Of a stretch of 64,000 bases of DNA, positions 51,656 through 62,760 are shown piece after piece; the stretch's first letter is position 1; every line of letters starts with the position of its first letter. Location of the stretch: positions 19,343,905 to 19,407,904 of the forward strand of contig NC_057718.1 in assembly GCF_004010195.1 (NCBI RefSeq), in the 5' to 3' direction. The translations under genes and the position numbers were made by a program. The notes beneath the pieces were generated by a model. That model was not told where the DNA came from. It ran no database searches and was given only the letters and a program-made list of their open reading frames with translations. Origin of the DNA: Chiloscyllium plagiosum (Eukaryota).

Positions 51656-52627
51656 CTCTTGATGGAGGAATTTACCTTGAACTCAACCACCAACACTTCC
51701 AATTACACTCCCTCCAAAAAACACTCAGGACAAGCACAAAGTTCTAAAAGATACACATTAGACACGGCAGAGGAAAGTTATGCAGGTCAAAACATTACCT
51801 TTAGGGAACTAAACTACTCACTCTTCATTTCAATTTTCTCTAGAACGTTGGTGCAGACACAATGGGCCAAATGGCCTCTTTCTACACTGTAGGGACACTC
51901 CATTCTGTCAAGATGGAGTGGACCAAGCAGGTTAAAGATTAAAAAGATGGATTCAGAGAGCCCAATAGGTGGTGTTGAGTCACTACATTATGTGAACATT
52001 TTGAAAATCATCTGGAGACAATCCTAGCAATCCTATTCATAAATTCCCTCTCCGTGTATCACAGTAGCAGCAGAGGCTGTTTCTCAGGAAAATAATTACC
52101 CACAAACCAATGAACAAGTTTGCACTGTCCAAACAAGGAAACTTTAATGCAGGCTCTGACAAGAGACAGATTATAGAAAGTACATTTCCACTAGGAAACA
52201 TAAACATAGTTCATTGGAAAACATGGAAGTCAAGTTACAGTCTGGAGATATCATGCATGTGTGTCCACACTGGAAGTAATCTAATCTAATTTACCTCGAA
52301 CTATTGAACAGCAGACAAAACAAGCCTAGAGGAGTGCATTAATACCTACAAAGGAAATTAGACTCGAAGGATGATAATTTGCCTGCATCTTAACTGTGTA
52401 CCTGAATATCTTTGATTAACAAAAAATAAATCTGAGATTTAAAATTATTAACTCACTCAGAAACAACTGCTACTTGCAGCAACATTCCACCACCCTGTCC
52501 CGTGGTTCCCGGTTCCCAAACCAGTGAAGAAAATGTCTTTCTTTATCCACGTTATAGATTCCACTTACTATATCCCAAAGGTTGATCAAAACACCCACAG
52601 CTTGCTTCTAACTGAGAAGATGCTTAC

Positions 52628-52870
52628 CTTCTGGTATTAACACCGCTGGGTGTTGAGTCTCGGTTGATGGGAAAGCTTCTAAGGGCTGTTGTTCTGGTGG
52701 TATCTTTGCCGGAGTAGGTATCGGATCAGAGTGTTTAATCTCAGGATGAGTCATGGTCGAGTCAGGACGCTTCTGCACTTTAGTTTCAGACCCAGGCTTG
52801 ATAGTCACCTTCTTGAAGGTTTGACTAACATGGTAGCCCATTCCACCAGGGCAGATTTGCTTGAAGGCAG
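52628..52870 (-). CDS. LTBP1: LTBP1-like exon: C-terminal part of TB (8-Cys) domain plus start of Pro-rich hinge, 243 nt, phase 1-1
   Basis: Acceptor ...tccaaaacag|CTGCC, donor GAAG|gtaagc; encodes AAFKQICPGGMGYHVSQTFKKVTIKPG...PAVLIPE. Confidence 0.93.
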
Positions 52871-53160
52871 CTGTTTTGGACAACACAAAATACAACATAG
52901 CATCATTTAAATTACTCCAGCTTACACACAGATGTATTTGCAATGCTGACTAAACATTTAGAAATGTTTTCTAAAGTCCTCGATATTTGGAATTTTCACA
53001 GCTAACTTTTCAAATGCCTCAAAAAAAATGAAGATATGATGTAAGTGTAGCAAAGTAAAAGGTGGCACAAAATTAAAGTCCGAGATCTTTGATCAAACTG
53101 GCTATTGAGTGTAAACCTACAATGCCAATGGCTGGCAGAATAAGCATGAAATATTTCTGG

Positions 53161-53341
53161 AAAAGCGCAGCAGGTCAGGCAGCATCAAAGGAACAGGAGA
53201 ATTGACGTTTCAGGCATAAGCCCTTCTTTATGCCCGAAACATCGATTCTCCTGTTCCTTTGATGCTGCCTGATCTGCTGCGCTTTTCCAGCAACACATTT
53301 TTAAACTCTGATCTCCAGCATCTGCAGTCCTCACTTTCTTC
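53161..53341. mobile_element. PLE-terminus hairpin element, family A, with 14-bp TSD (1 mismatch)
   Basis: TGAAATATTTCTGG at 53147-53160 vs TGACATATTTCTGG at 53342-53355; inverted arms; tail on the right. Confidence 0.9.
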
Positions 53342-53844
53342 TGACATATTTCTGGTCAACATCTGGACCTAAGAATTTTGGAGCCTCTACCATCACAGTC
53401 CATAGCTCCAGACTGCAATATGCCTGTTTCCAAAGCAACTCAGACTTCCTGAGAGAACTGTAGCCCATCAACCTCTGACACATTGACAGAGAGACATTAA
53501 CAATGTGTGACAGATCTTGTTATGCATTCATTCTGATAAGAGGTGTCTTGTTCTGGATCATTCTACCTGGAGTCTGCCAAATTTTTGGAGACCGTTTTCA
53601 TGTAGTAGCAGAACTGAAAGAGAGACATTGGGAAGGGTTTTGGCCCAGAACAGGGTGTGGAAATGGAGGTGAGCTGGGGTGCAGTTTTGTACAGCCACCT
53701 GGCAAAGCCAGTTTACTGGCACCATCCTCCTCTTTGCCTATTTTGCCAGAGACTGAATTGGGTCATCCAGCTACATGACCCTGAGCAATGGGCAACGCTT
53801 TAAAGCCAGTAAAAGCTAATGACAGCCAACTGGACCTTTCCAGT

Positions 53845-54140
53845 CAGCCTTAGGACAGCCTTCACACTCTGCATTGGGAGTGCAACGGCTACTGTGGATC
53901 TAGAGGCACATGTAGGTCAGATCAGATAAGGATGGCAAGTTTCCTCCTCTGAAGGACATTCATGAGCTAGATGTGTTTTTATGATTATGACTACATGGTT
54001 CCAGTAGATTCATTTTGAGTTTCACATTATATTGAATTCAAATTCCACCATCCACCATGATTGGATTCAAACGCATGTCCCCAGAACATTAGCCTGGGGT
54101 TTTAGATTACTAGCCCAGTGACATTACCACTACATCAGCG
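53845..54140 (-). mobile_element. Second SINE family copy
   Basis: Reverse complement of the 31505-32100 type (attgaattcaaattccaccatccaccatg...ggattcaaac). Confidence 0.65.
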
Positions 54141-54263
54141 CCTGCCAATTCGCAACAGCTCCCTGCACCTTGGACCCCTCCTATTGAACCTCTAGCTTCC
54201 GATCTTTAAATGGACAGTATAGCCTCTTGCCAGTAGTTCATCAATCCAGACAAAATTGTGTCT

Positions 54264-54378
54264 GTTCTGAAGAAGGTTCACTGGAACTGAAACAGTAACT
54301 CTGCTCTCTCTCTCTCCCTCTCTCTTCCTCCACAGATGGGACCAATCCTGTTGAGTTTCTCCAGCTATTTCTGCTCCT
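54264..54378 (+). mobile_element. PLE-type terminal repeat, family B, single arm
   Basis: gttCTGAAGAaggttcactggaactGAAAcagtaactc...ctccacagatg...tttctccagctatttctg. Confidence 0.7.
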
Positions 54379-54494
54379 ATTGAGGTGTGGGATCAAGATC
54401 CCCACCTCCCCCATTCAATCCTCCAAAACCCCAAGTCGGGTCCAATGTGTGAACTGGTTAAGCAGCAGTGAAGGAGGCTTGAATGAATTCCTCT

Positions 54495-54745
54495 GAACCA
54501 AGGAACAGGAGGAGGCCATTCAGCCTTCTCAAGCTTATCCTGTCATTTGATTAAGTCATAACTGATCCAAATCTTAACATCATTTATCCAACTTGGTTCA
54601 ACAACCTTCCAGATTTAAATTAAATGAAAATCCATCAGTTTCAGTCTTCACATTTCCACTTGAGCCACCAGCTTCAACAATGTTTCGGGAGATGGAGTCC
54701 CATATCTCAAGTAGCTTGTGTGTGAAAAATGGAGTATTGCTGTCG
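54495..54745 (-). mobile_element. Old CR1 LINE 3' fragment
   Basis: ggaacaggaggaggccattcagcc terminal motif as in other minus-strand CR1 ends. Confidence 0.55.
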
Positions 54746-54817
54746 TTAGTAATATTTTCTTGGTATGGGGCGACCAAGAGTGTGGAGAGGTGAGTTTCTT
54801 TGTGGTCTTTCTCTGCC

Positions 54818-55570
54818 TCGTTGTTGTGGTTCTGTTCGCCGAGCTGGAAGTTTTTGTTGCAAACGTTTCGTCCCCTGGCTAGGCGACATCATCAGTGCTT
54901 GGGAGCCTCCTGCGAAGCGCTTCTTTGATGTTTCCTCCGGGGTTTACAGTGGTCTGTCCCTGTCGCTTCCGGTTGTCAGTTTCAGCTGTCCGCTGTAGTG
55001 GTTGGTACATTGGGTCCAGGTCGATGTGTTTGTTGATGGAGTTTGTGGATGAATGCCATGCCTCTAGGAATTCCCTGGCTGTTCTCTGTCTGGCTTGCCC
55101 TATGATAATAGTGTTGTCCCAGAAGGCAAATGTGCTAAACCCCTTCTGAACCACCCTGTCTGCATGTGACACATACTTCAAAGACCAGAACCCCTCGGTC
55201 TCTTTGTTCCATATCACTATCCGAGGCCCAACCTTTAATCAGTGTAAGTCCTGCCCTTGTTTGTTTTACCAAGATGTAATATTTTGCATTTATTCCAATC
55301 CAAAAAATCACAAACATCCTTCGAGTATAAAGGCAAGAATAGTATACTTAAGAATAAAATAAGTAAGGCAAAAAGGGGACATTTGAATAGTGTCCTGATG
55401 CAGCTTCGTTTGTGTGTGTTGGGGTGGTTACTTTCATAGTTTAGGACTTGGTCTGTGTGTGTGGCTTTCCTGTATAGCCACACACACAGACCAAGTCCTA
55501 AACTATACAACACCTATACAAGGTATTCGCCAAAAACGGATACCCGCGCAACTTCATCAACAGATGCCTA
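54818..55570. mobile_element. Mosaic of a fourth Penelope-like family (endonuclease end, RT thumb pieces) and CR1 fragments
   Basis: Minus strand: WDNTIIIGQARQRTAREFLEAWHSSTNSINKHIDLDPMY and YRKATHTDQVLNYESNHPNTHKRSCIRTLFK. Plus strand: LYKVFAKNGYPRNFINRCL. CR1 pieces lie at about 55123-55380. Confidence 0.8.
54859..54898 (-). ncRNA. Putative minimal type I hammerhead ribozyme in PLE 3' end
   Basis: GCA CUGAUGA U GUC-GCCUAGCCAGGG-GAC GAAA CGUU UGC: core boxes, stem II, palindromic AACGUU and a GCA/UGC stem I. Confidence 0.65.
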
Positions 55571-55785
55571 TTAGCAGTGTTTCCTCACTGGAAAAGTGGA
55601 AGTCCTGAGGGAATTCACCATTTGCCAGGAATTACAATGGAACACTGCACAGAATCACGGAAGTGTTAAAGCACACGAGGAGGCCATTTGGCCTATCGAG
55701 TCTGCACTGGCTCTTCAGATGAGCATCGTTACCCACTGCCAATTTCCTGCCTTTCCTCCATTGCCTTGCACATCTAACCCAGATG

Positions 55786-55987
55786 GAGAAAGTGAGGTCT
55801 GCAGATGCTGGAGATCAAAGTTGAAACTTTATTGCTGGAACAGCACAGCAGGTCAGGCAGCATCCAGGGAACAGGAGATTCGACGTTTCGGGCACAGGCC
55901 CGAAGAAGGGCCTGTGCCCGAAACGTCGAATCTCCTGTTCCCTGGATGCTGCCTGACCTGCTGTGCTGTTCCAGCAATAAAGTTTCA
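55786..55987. mobile_element. PLE-terminus hairpin element, family A, perfect 82-bp arms, 16-bp TSD (1 mismatch)
   Basis: Arms 55820-55901 and 55908-55989; ACATCTAACCCAGATG at 55770-55785 vs ACATCTAGCCCAGATG at 55988-56003. Confidence 0.93.
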
Positions 55988-56029
55988 ACATCTAGCCCAG
56001 ATGTTAACTTGTCCATTGCAAACCTAGAG

Positions 56030-56368
56030 ACATGAACGGTTCAACACGATGTCCATCGCCATTCAGTAAGATCATGGCTGATCTTTCATGGACCCAGCTC
56101 CACTTACCCGCCTGTCCACCATAACCCTTAACTCCTTTACTGTTCAACAGTGTTCATCTTAAAAACATTCAGTGAGGTCACCTCAATTGCTTCCTTGGGC
56201 AGGGAACTCCACAGATTCACAACCTTTTAGGTGAAGAAGTTCCTCCTCAACTCAGTCCTAAACCTGCTCCCCCTTAGTTTGAGACTATGCCCACTCGTTC
56301 TGGTTTCACCCACCAGCGAAACAACCTCCCTACTTCTATCTCATCTGTCCCATTCATGATTTTATATG
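56030..56368 (-). mobile_element. CR1 LINE 3' fragment
   Basis: TYKIMNGTDEIEVGRLF... Confidence 0.8.
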
Positions 56369-57852
56369 TCCTGCTGGAGCAGTGCAGAATGCTGAGGCCA
56401 GACAAGTGGGTATGCAAGCAGGGAAAGGTCAGGGTCACGCTTGTGTACAGATCGGAGTGCTCTGCAAAGCAGTTACCCCTGTCTGTGTTCAGTTTCTCCA
56501 ATGCTGCGTAGACCACATTGGGTGCAATGAAAGCAATAGACCAGATTGGAGGAGATACAGGTGAAGTGCTGCTAGAACATAGAACATTACACACAGTACA
56601 GGCCCTTCAGCCCTCGATGTTGCACCGACCTGTGGAACCAATCTGAAGCCCACCTAACCTACACTATTCCATTCTTGTCCATATGTCTATCAAATGACCA
56701 TTTAAGTGCACTTAATGTTGGCAAGTCTACTACTGTTGCAGGCAGTACACTCCACGCCCCTACTACTCTTTCAAGTAAAAACTTGGAAAGAGTATTTAGG
56801 CCCTTGGATGGTGAGCAGGGAAAAGGTGAAGAGGCACGTGTTGCACCTTCTGCAGTTACATAGGAAGGTGCCTTAAAGGGGACATTGGTGGTCATCGAAG
56901 AATGGTCTAGGGTGCCCCGGAGGCAACAATCCCCGTGACAGGCAGACAGGAGAGTGAGAGGAAGATGTGTTTGGTGGTGGCATTCTGCTGGAGTTGTCTG
57001 AAATGGTGGAGAATGATCCTTTGAATGCAGAGGCTGTTGGGATGAAAAGTGAGGACAAGGGGCTCCCAATCATGTTGCTGTGAGTGATGGGAGGGGCAAG
57101 GGCGGAAGCAGAGGTGATAGGTCAGATGCGGTTGAGGGCCCGGTCAACCACAGTGGGTGGGTAAACCATGGTTATGGAAGAAGGAAGCCATGTCAGCAGC
57201 GCTGTTTTGGAAGAGGGCATCATCTGAACAGATACAATGCAGGCGAAGGAACTGGGAAAATGGGATGGAGTCCTTTTAGGATGTGGGGTGTGACGAGCTG
57301 TAGTAAAGGTAGCTATGGGAGTCAGTGGCTTGTAGTGGATGGCAGTGGATAGTTTATTCCCGAAATGGAGACAGAGAAGTCAAGGAAAGGAAGGGAAGTG
57401 TTGGAAATGGACAAAGTGGAAGTTATAGAGGGGTGAAAATTGGAGGAAAAATGAACAAATTTTTCAAGGTCCAGGCGGGGAGTGTGAAGTGGTACTGAAG
57501 CAACTGTTGATGTACCAAGAAAAGAGTTGCAGGAGGGGGCCATTGTAGGACTGGAACAAGGATTATTCCACAATACCCCATAAAGAGAGGCATAACTGGG
57601 ATCCCCATGTGGGTGCCCACATCCCCTCCCTTGACTTGGCAGACATGTGATGAATTAAAGGAGAAATTGTTCAATGAGAGAACAAGTTCAGCCAGGCGGA
57701 GGAGAGTGGTGGTGGATGGGGATGGTTCAGGCCTCTGGTCAAGGAAGAAGCCGAGAGCTCCCCGACTGCCCTGGTGGGGAATGGAGGCATCGTGGGATTG
57801 GACATCCATGGTGAACAGGAAGCACTTAGGGCCAGGGAAGGTGTCCAAGTGG
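56369..57852 (-). mobile_element. Penelope-like element RT/GIY-YIG fragment, interrupted by a CR1 3' end at about 56573-56770
   Basis: LFTMDVQS...SIPHQ...LLRLAELVLSLNNFSFNSSH..QVKG...GTHMG; FHPSIT...SLPFLDFSV; CISSNLVYCFHCTQCG...IGET...FAEH. Confidence 0.88.
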
Positions 57853-57975
57853 AGGGTGAATACTGGATATGGACCATGTGCAGGCAGAAGGGATTAGTTT
57901 AATTTGGCATGATGTTTGGTACAACATCGTAGGCCAAAGGGCCTGTTCCTGTGCTGTACTGATCTATGTTCTACA
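57853..57975 (+). mobile_element. CR1 3' UTR fragment
   Basis: ggccaaagggcctgttcctgtgctgtac...tatgttcta, as at 25650-25760. Confidence 0.75.
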
Positions 57976-58049
57976 TCTTCATGTTCATTATATTGTTCTC
58001 TTCCAGCAAAGCTGCTTGAACAGCTCCATGTATTCGGGATTAGTTTTGC

Positions 58050-58330
58050 CGATTCTCAGGATTTGGGATTCATCGGCAAGGCCAACATTTCTCACCAATC
58101 CTGAACTTCGAGAGTTAACCACATTGCTCACGGTTTGGAGTCACACGTAGGCAAGACCTGGTAAAGGCAGCAGATTTCCTTCCCTACGTTAGTGAACCAG
58201 ATGAGCTTTTACAACAAACCTGCCGTTCCCTTGATAACTGCCAGATTTATTTAACTTGCCCAGCTGCAATGGTGGAATGTCAACCCACAGCTTGGTATAG
58301 TTGAGGAACATAACCATTGTGCCACTGCAA
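58050..58330 (-). mobile_element. Second SINE family copy, degenerate
   Basis: ggagtcacacgtaggcaagacctggtaaaggcagcagatttccttccct. Confidence 0.6.
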
Positions 58331-59449
58331 CCCAGTTAATACTCCCTCAATAAATGCCTTCACAGGAAACCTCTCAGTTTCCACCACTTGCAGTGCTGTT
58401 TCATCTCCATCTGAATGCACAGAACAAACTGGTCTTTGTCAGCATGAACGAAACAAAATGTAAGTTGTCTCCACATTGACCAGTCAAACAACATTCTGCT
58501 TCCCAGCTGTATCTCTGAAGTCCTGTCACCTTCATGTTGAATTTCGCAGGTGAGGGAAGGGTCAGCGAGATCCTCCGAGGGGTCAAGCAGCTCAATTCTG
58601 AAATGCAGAAGAATGGGGCTTTCTCCACAGGGCCATGTGGAAATGAGGTCTGGAGTCCAGGGTATGGTGTGGCTCAGCCAGCGGCGTTTCCCACTCACCC
58701 TCTGACCTCACATCCACGGAGCGTCACAGGCCTCGGAGAGGGGCCAAGCCCAGCTCATTCACCTCTCAGTGTGATTTTAAGTAGCCCTCAGTAAGAAAAG
58801 AACAAATCCAAATCTCAAGAAGTGAGTTGAATTTGTTCAGAAGTCTCACAAGTTTGGACAGGTTGAGGAAGTTACCATGACAGTCATCCACTTACTTCAG
58901 TGGACGTTTCCAGGATGAGTGCATTGTGCCAAGCCGTGCAACGAGGTACAAGTACATCAATATTTGTTAAAAAGTAACACAAATTTTAAAATTTAGTCAT
59001 AATTTCATACAGTTCCGCGTACAAATTTTCTTGAGCCTAAACGTGGCATAGCACAAGGCCAGAATGCTTGGTGACATGACTGTTCAACTCTTTCTGTTAT
59101 CAACCCAGGTCACGTTCATGGGAAGTTGGTCATGAGTGTTCACTGATGACAGAATGTGCACAGTGTGAGATGACTATCTGCACATTGTACAGGTTGTTGG
59201 AGCCATTTGTCTGAATGTAACATGATGCTAAAAATGCAGTGCAATATGATGTCATACACCAAGACAAAAGAGATCATTTGAACTGGGAGCAAATACGTAT
59301 TTTAAAAATTAATCAAAAGTCAACAGGGAGATGGGGCTAAACAATGAAGCGAGGTTACAAATTGGCCACTTGGTTCTGAATCCAGGTTCTACTGAAGGGA
59401 GTGAAACACTCAATCTTCTGCCTGTTAAACGATGCCACAAAATGACGTG

Positions 59450-60255
59450 GATGGCACAATGATAGGTGGGAAGGCAAGTGGTGAGGATAACACAAGGAGT
59501 CTATGGAGGGATATCGACAAGTTCAGTGAGTGGGCAAAAGCTTAGCAAATGGAATAGAATGTGGCAAAATGTAAGGTTATGCACTTTAGCAGGAAGAATA
59601 GAAGACTTGATTATTATTGAAATCTGGAAAGGATTCAGAAAGCTGCAATCCAGAGGGATTTGGGAGTCCTTGTCCATGAACCACAAAACGCTATCATCCA
59701 AATTGAGCAGATAATGGGGAAAACAAATAGAACGTTGGCCTTTATGTCAAAGGAAATGGAGGATACAAAATAGGGAAGTCTTGCTAAAACTAAGCAAGCC
59801 ACCAGTAAGCTCACACATGGAATATTGTGAACAGCTTCAGTCGTCTTCTAAAAGGAAAGATCTCTTGGCAATGGAGGCGGTCGGGAGTATGGAGATACTT
59901 TCTGAGGAGGCGAGGTCGAGTAGTTTAGACTTGTACTCACTACGGTTTCGAAGAATGAGAGGCACCCTGACTGAAACAAGCATGATTCTTAGGGGATTTG
60001 ATAGCATGGATGCGGAAATTTTGTTTCCTCTTGTGAGACAGTCTAGGACCAGTCTCGGTACAAGCTCTCTCAGAGGACAGTGAATCTGTGAAATTCTTTA
60101 CTACAGAGAGCTGTTGATGATGGGTCACTAAGTATATTCAAGGCTGAGATAGATTTTTAATCAGCAAAGGTAAAAGGCAGGAAAGTGGAGTTGAGAGTTA
60201 CCAGATTAGCCACAATCTCATTGAATGGCATTCTTTTTGTTCTATGTCATAAGGT
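59450..60255 (+). mobile_element. CR1 LINE RT C-terminal and 3' fragment, degenerate
   Basis: Matches the CR1 ORF2 C-terminus (...LDLYSLRFRRMRGTLTETSMILRGFD). Confidence 0.8.
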
Positions 60256-62692
60256 CTTAAAGACTTAAGTGGAAGATGTACAAAAGATAAGGACCCCTTC
60301 CCAGTGGGCATGGTGTCATAGTTCAAAACCAACTCATCACCCAACAAGCAGTGACAGTCTGATTCAAAGATGGGCAGCTGGGTGGCCAATGAGAAAGATT
60401 CACTCTGCTGTGCCAGTTGGGAGATGAGGTTTCACTCGGAGATTGACGGTCCCATTCCTGGCCCAGAGTAAAACCAGGTTGGCACTGGGTAAATCATTAA
60501 AACTTTGTTCTGTTTTTCTCACTTTCAAGAGGGAGGAAAATCAAAACTAAGTTTCAGAAAAGAAAAATACAGAGCTACATCTCTCAAATTCCAGTAAGGG
60601 CCTGTGAGCACTCTCGATTGGTAACCTTCCAAATTACCCATGTTTCGTCACCATGTACTGACCAGAATATTATCCACAAGGCCTGGGGTAGCTAGAGTCA
60701 TATGATATGATTTGATATGATTTTTCATCCATCAGAAGCTGGGAGCATTGGGTAATGGCTAATGAACGCACCAAGATAACTTCTGGTGTATCTGGTATTG
60801 AGTTACGGGATACTCTGCATATTCTATCACACAGTCTGCACATTGAGGGGTTAGACGTTCTCTCTGTTGAGGCACTTTGGTCTGAGGATGGTATCAATGT
60901 CCCGTGGGAGACCACACAAAAGTACCACCAGCAACTCAGAACCTTGGAAAACCATGGAAAACAAATTGTACCATAGCTGCCTTGTGGCGTTGCCAAGGGA
61001 AATGATTTGTCCCTTTCTCCTTTGATGTGGCACTGGTGACCAAAGAGTGATTTGTAACTGGGCTGACATGGCAGAGATCAAACATGGCAGCAGGAACTGG
61101 CAGTGTGCTGTAAAAGATTGGGTCCAATGGTTATCATTATAGTCAGACTGGGAAGCTAACAAATGAATCACACAATAAGAGACAAAGCTGTTTTAGTTAA
61201 GCGTGCACTTGCCCTACACACCTCTTCAGTAATGACTATGCTCCCTGCATTATTCCATTGGGGAGGGAAGAGTAAATGGTGGCTGCTATCTCTATCAGTC
61301 CTTCTCAATTCTCCTCTGCTTCATCCTGTGCTGTTCCTCGTCATTTGCTTTGATATCAGCACAGAAGGTTTTATCCATAGGGAATGGTATGCAGCTTCTG
61401 AGAACCCTCGGTATCAGTAGGGTGTAATCAAAGCCCATCTGAGTAAGCCCAGGTTTGTACATGCATTTACATCAATAATAAAGTGTTTCCCAATTTGGCA
61501 GGGAATCTCCCCTCAATTGCCAAGCTCAGACACCAGTCACCTCCAACTCACTTTCAGTGGGCACTTGAGTCTTTGCCAATTCTCAGTCTGGGCTGCCCAG
61601 AGTCCATTAATACTCTCAAAGGAACCGGCACAATGGAAGTAAAGAGAGGCTTCTTAACAGGTATAGGAAAGACCAGGAAACACAAAGGAGAGCAATGCTA
61701 GAGTTAGTGTCGCGAATATACTCCAAAAAAACAAGGAGCAACTCACCTTCCCAGTGTCTGTCACCTCACACAAACCTGTGGTGATTCATTTGGATTGTAT
61801 GTGGATGCTAAGTAAGTATGGCTTACATTTATAGAGTTCCCAAGGAATAGTGGTATAATAACATTTAAGATGAATACACGCATTTAGTTCAAATATGAGA
61901 GGTTCCTTTCATCTCTGAGAAAAGGTAGATTTCCATCCTTGCGGCTGGGCCATACATTATTGAGCTGAGCATGGGACTGTGGGTAGGGTAATGACGGGGT
62001 GAAGGCTATGACAGCCACTCTGTCTATTCATCCCAACCGGCCCTGCTCCTGTCCCAGAATTCCCAGCCAGGGTGGGCAAGGGGCGGTGAGCTGTTTACTG
62101 AGATTATAACACGAGACCCTAATCGAAGCAAGGGCTCCAGCTCCAGTATCTTTTCGAGGCAGTATGTGTGTGCCAGTGCCTGCAAATAATTTTGTTCAGC
62201 ACTTTCACTGCGAGGTTGGATATTTTTCCCATCTATATCAAGGAGCTTTACAACTCTCCAGTACACTCCAGTGTGCAACTTAAGCAACAGAGAAAATAAA
62301 AATTCAAGGATTATGGGAGAAGGACAAGGACTATCTACATTGATCTTGCAAAGATTCTGCATGGATCTGATGGATTGGATGACTTCCAGCTGTGCTGTGT
62401 ACATTTTATGATTAGAGCCACGCCGCGCTGCACTGTCCCCTTGAGTGGCTGGCAACGGCGTTGCCATGCCACAACAGAATCTCGGCCTACTTCTGTGTCC
62501 AGCTCTTCCTTCCTCCAGTTGGATTGCATCAGAATGCACATCACAGATCTCATTAACCACAGCACCCGTTTCTCAGGAATCCCGTTGCAACATGGGAGAA
62601 GGTTTTGCAAGTTCAATTGAGGCTGTGATCTACTGAGAGCAGCAAGGGATCTTGGAAATACGGACACAAATAAAGTGGTGGCTCATTAGATA

Positions 62693-62760
62693 CGACAGCT
62701 TTTCCAGCAACACATTTTTCCACTCTGATCTCCAGTATCTGTAGTCCTCACTCTCTCCTA
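62693..62760 (+). mobile_element. 68-bp family A PLE tail fragment with 12-bp TSD
   Basis: GCTCATTAGATA at 62681-62692 and 62761-62772; insert ends ...ctccagtatctgtagtcctcactctctccta. Confidence 0.88.

Larger units (their letters stand above)
2962..52870 (-). other. LTBP1: Partial multi-exon gene, latent TGF-beta binding protein 1-like (11 internal exons; extends beyond both window ends)
   Basis: The exons splice in frame into TB-domain end (AAFKQICPGGMGY), hinge (VATSTPEQ / ...GLPQLSPSITTI... / VVEKTSPPNPVHIAPDVSTSS...TQVAE) and 7 cbEGF repeats. The hinge resembles recalled human LTBP1 (VATAPPEK, GQPQLSPGISTI, VVIEKTSPPVPVEVAPEASTSS) more than the other paralogs. Confidence 0.85.

Noticed and set aside
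55774..56035. Two near-identical ORFs on opposite strands
   Set aside because: A consequence of the perfect palindrome; no coding evidence.
61747..61775. 29-nt AG/GT-bounded segment on the minus strand
   Set aside because: No similarity to the expected LTBP sequence; likely chance splice-like motifs.
62024..62560. 178-aa minus-strand ORF as the upstream TB-domain exon
   Set aside because: No CCC..G.AWG TB motif or other LTBP similarity. I found no such exon in 52871-64000, so it is probably outside the window.
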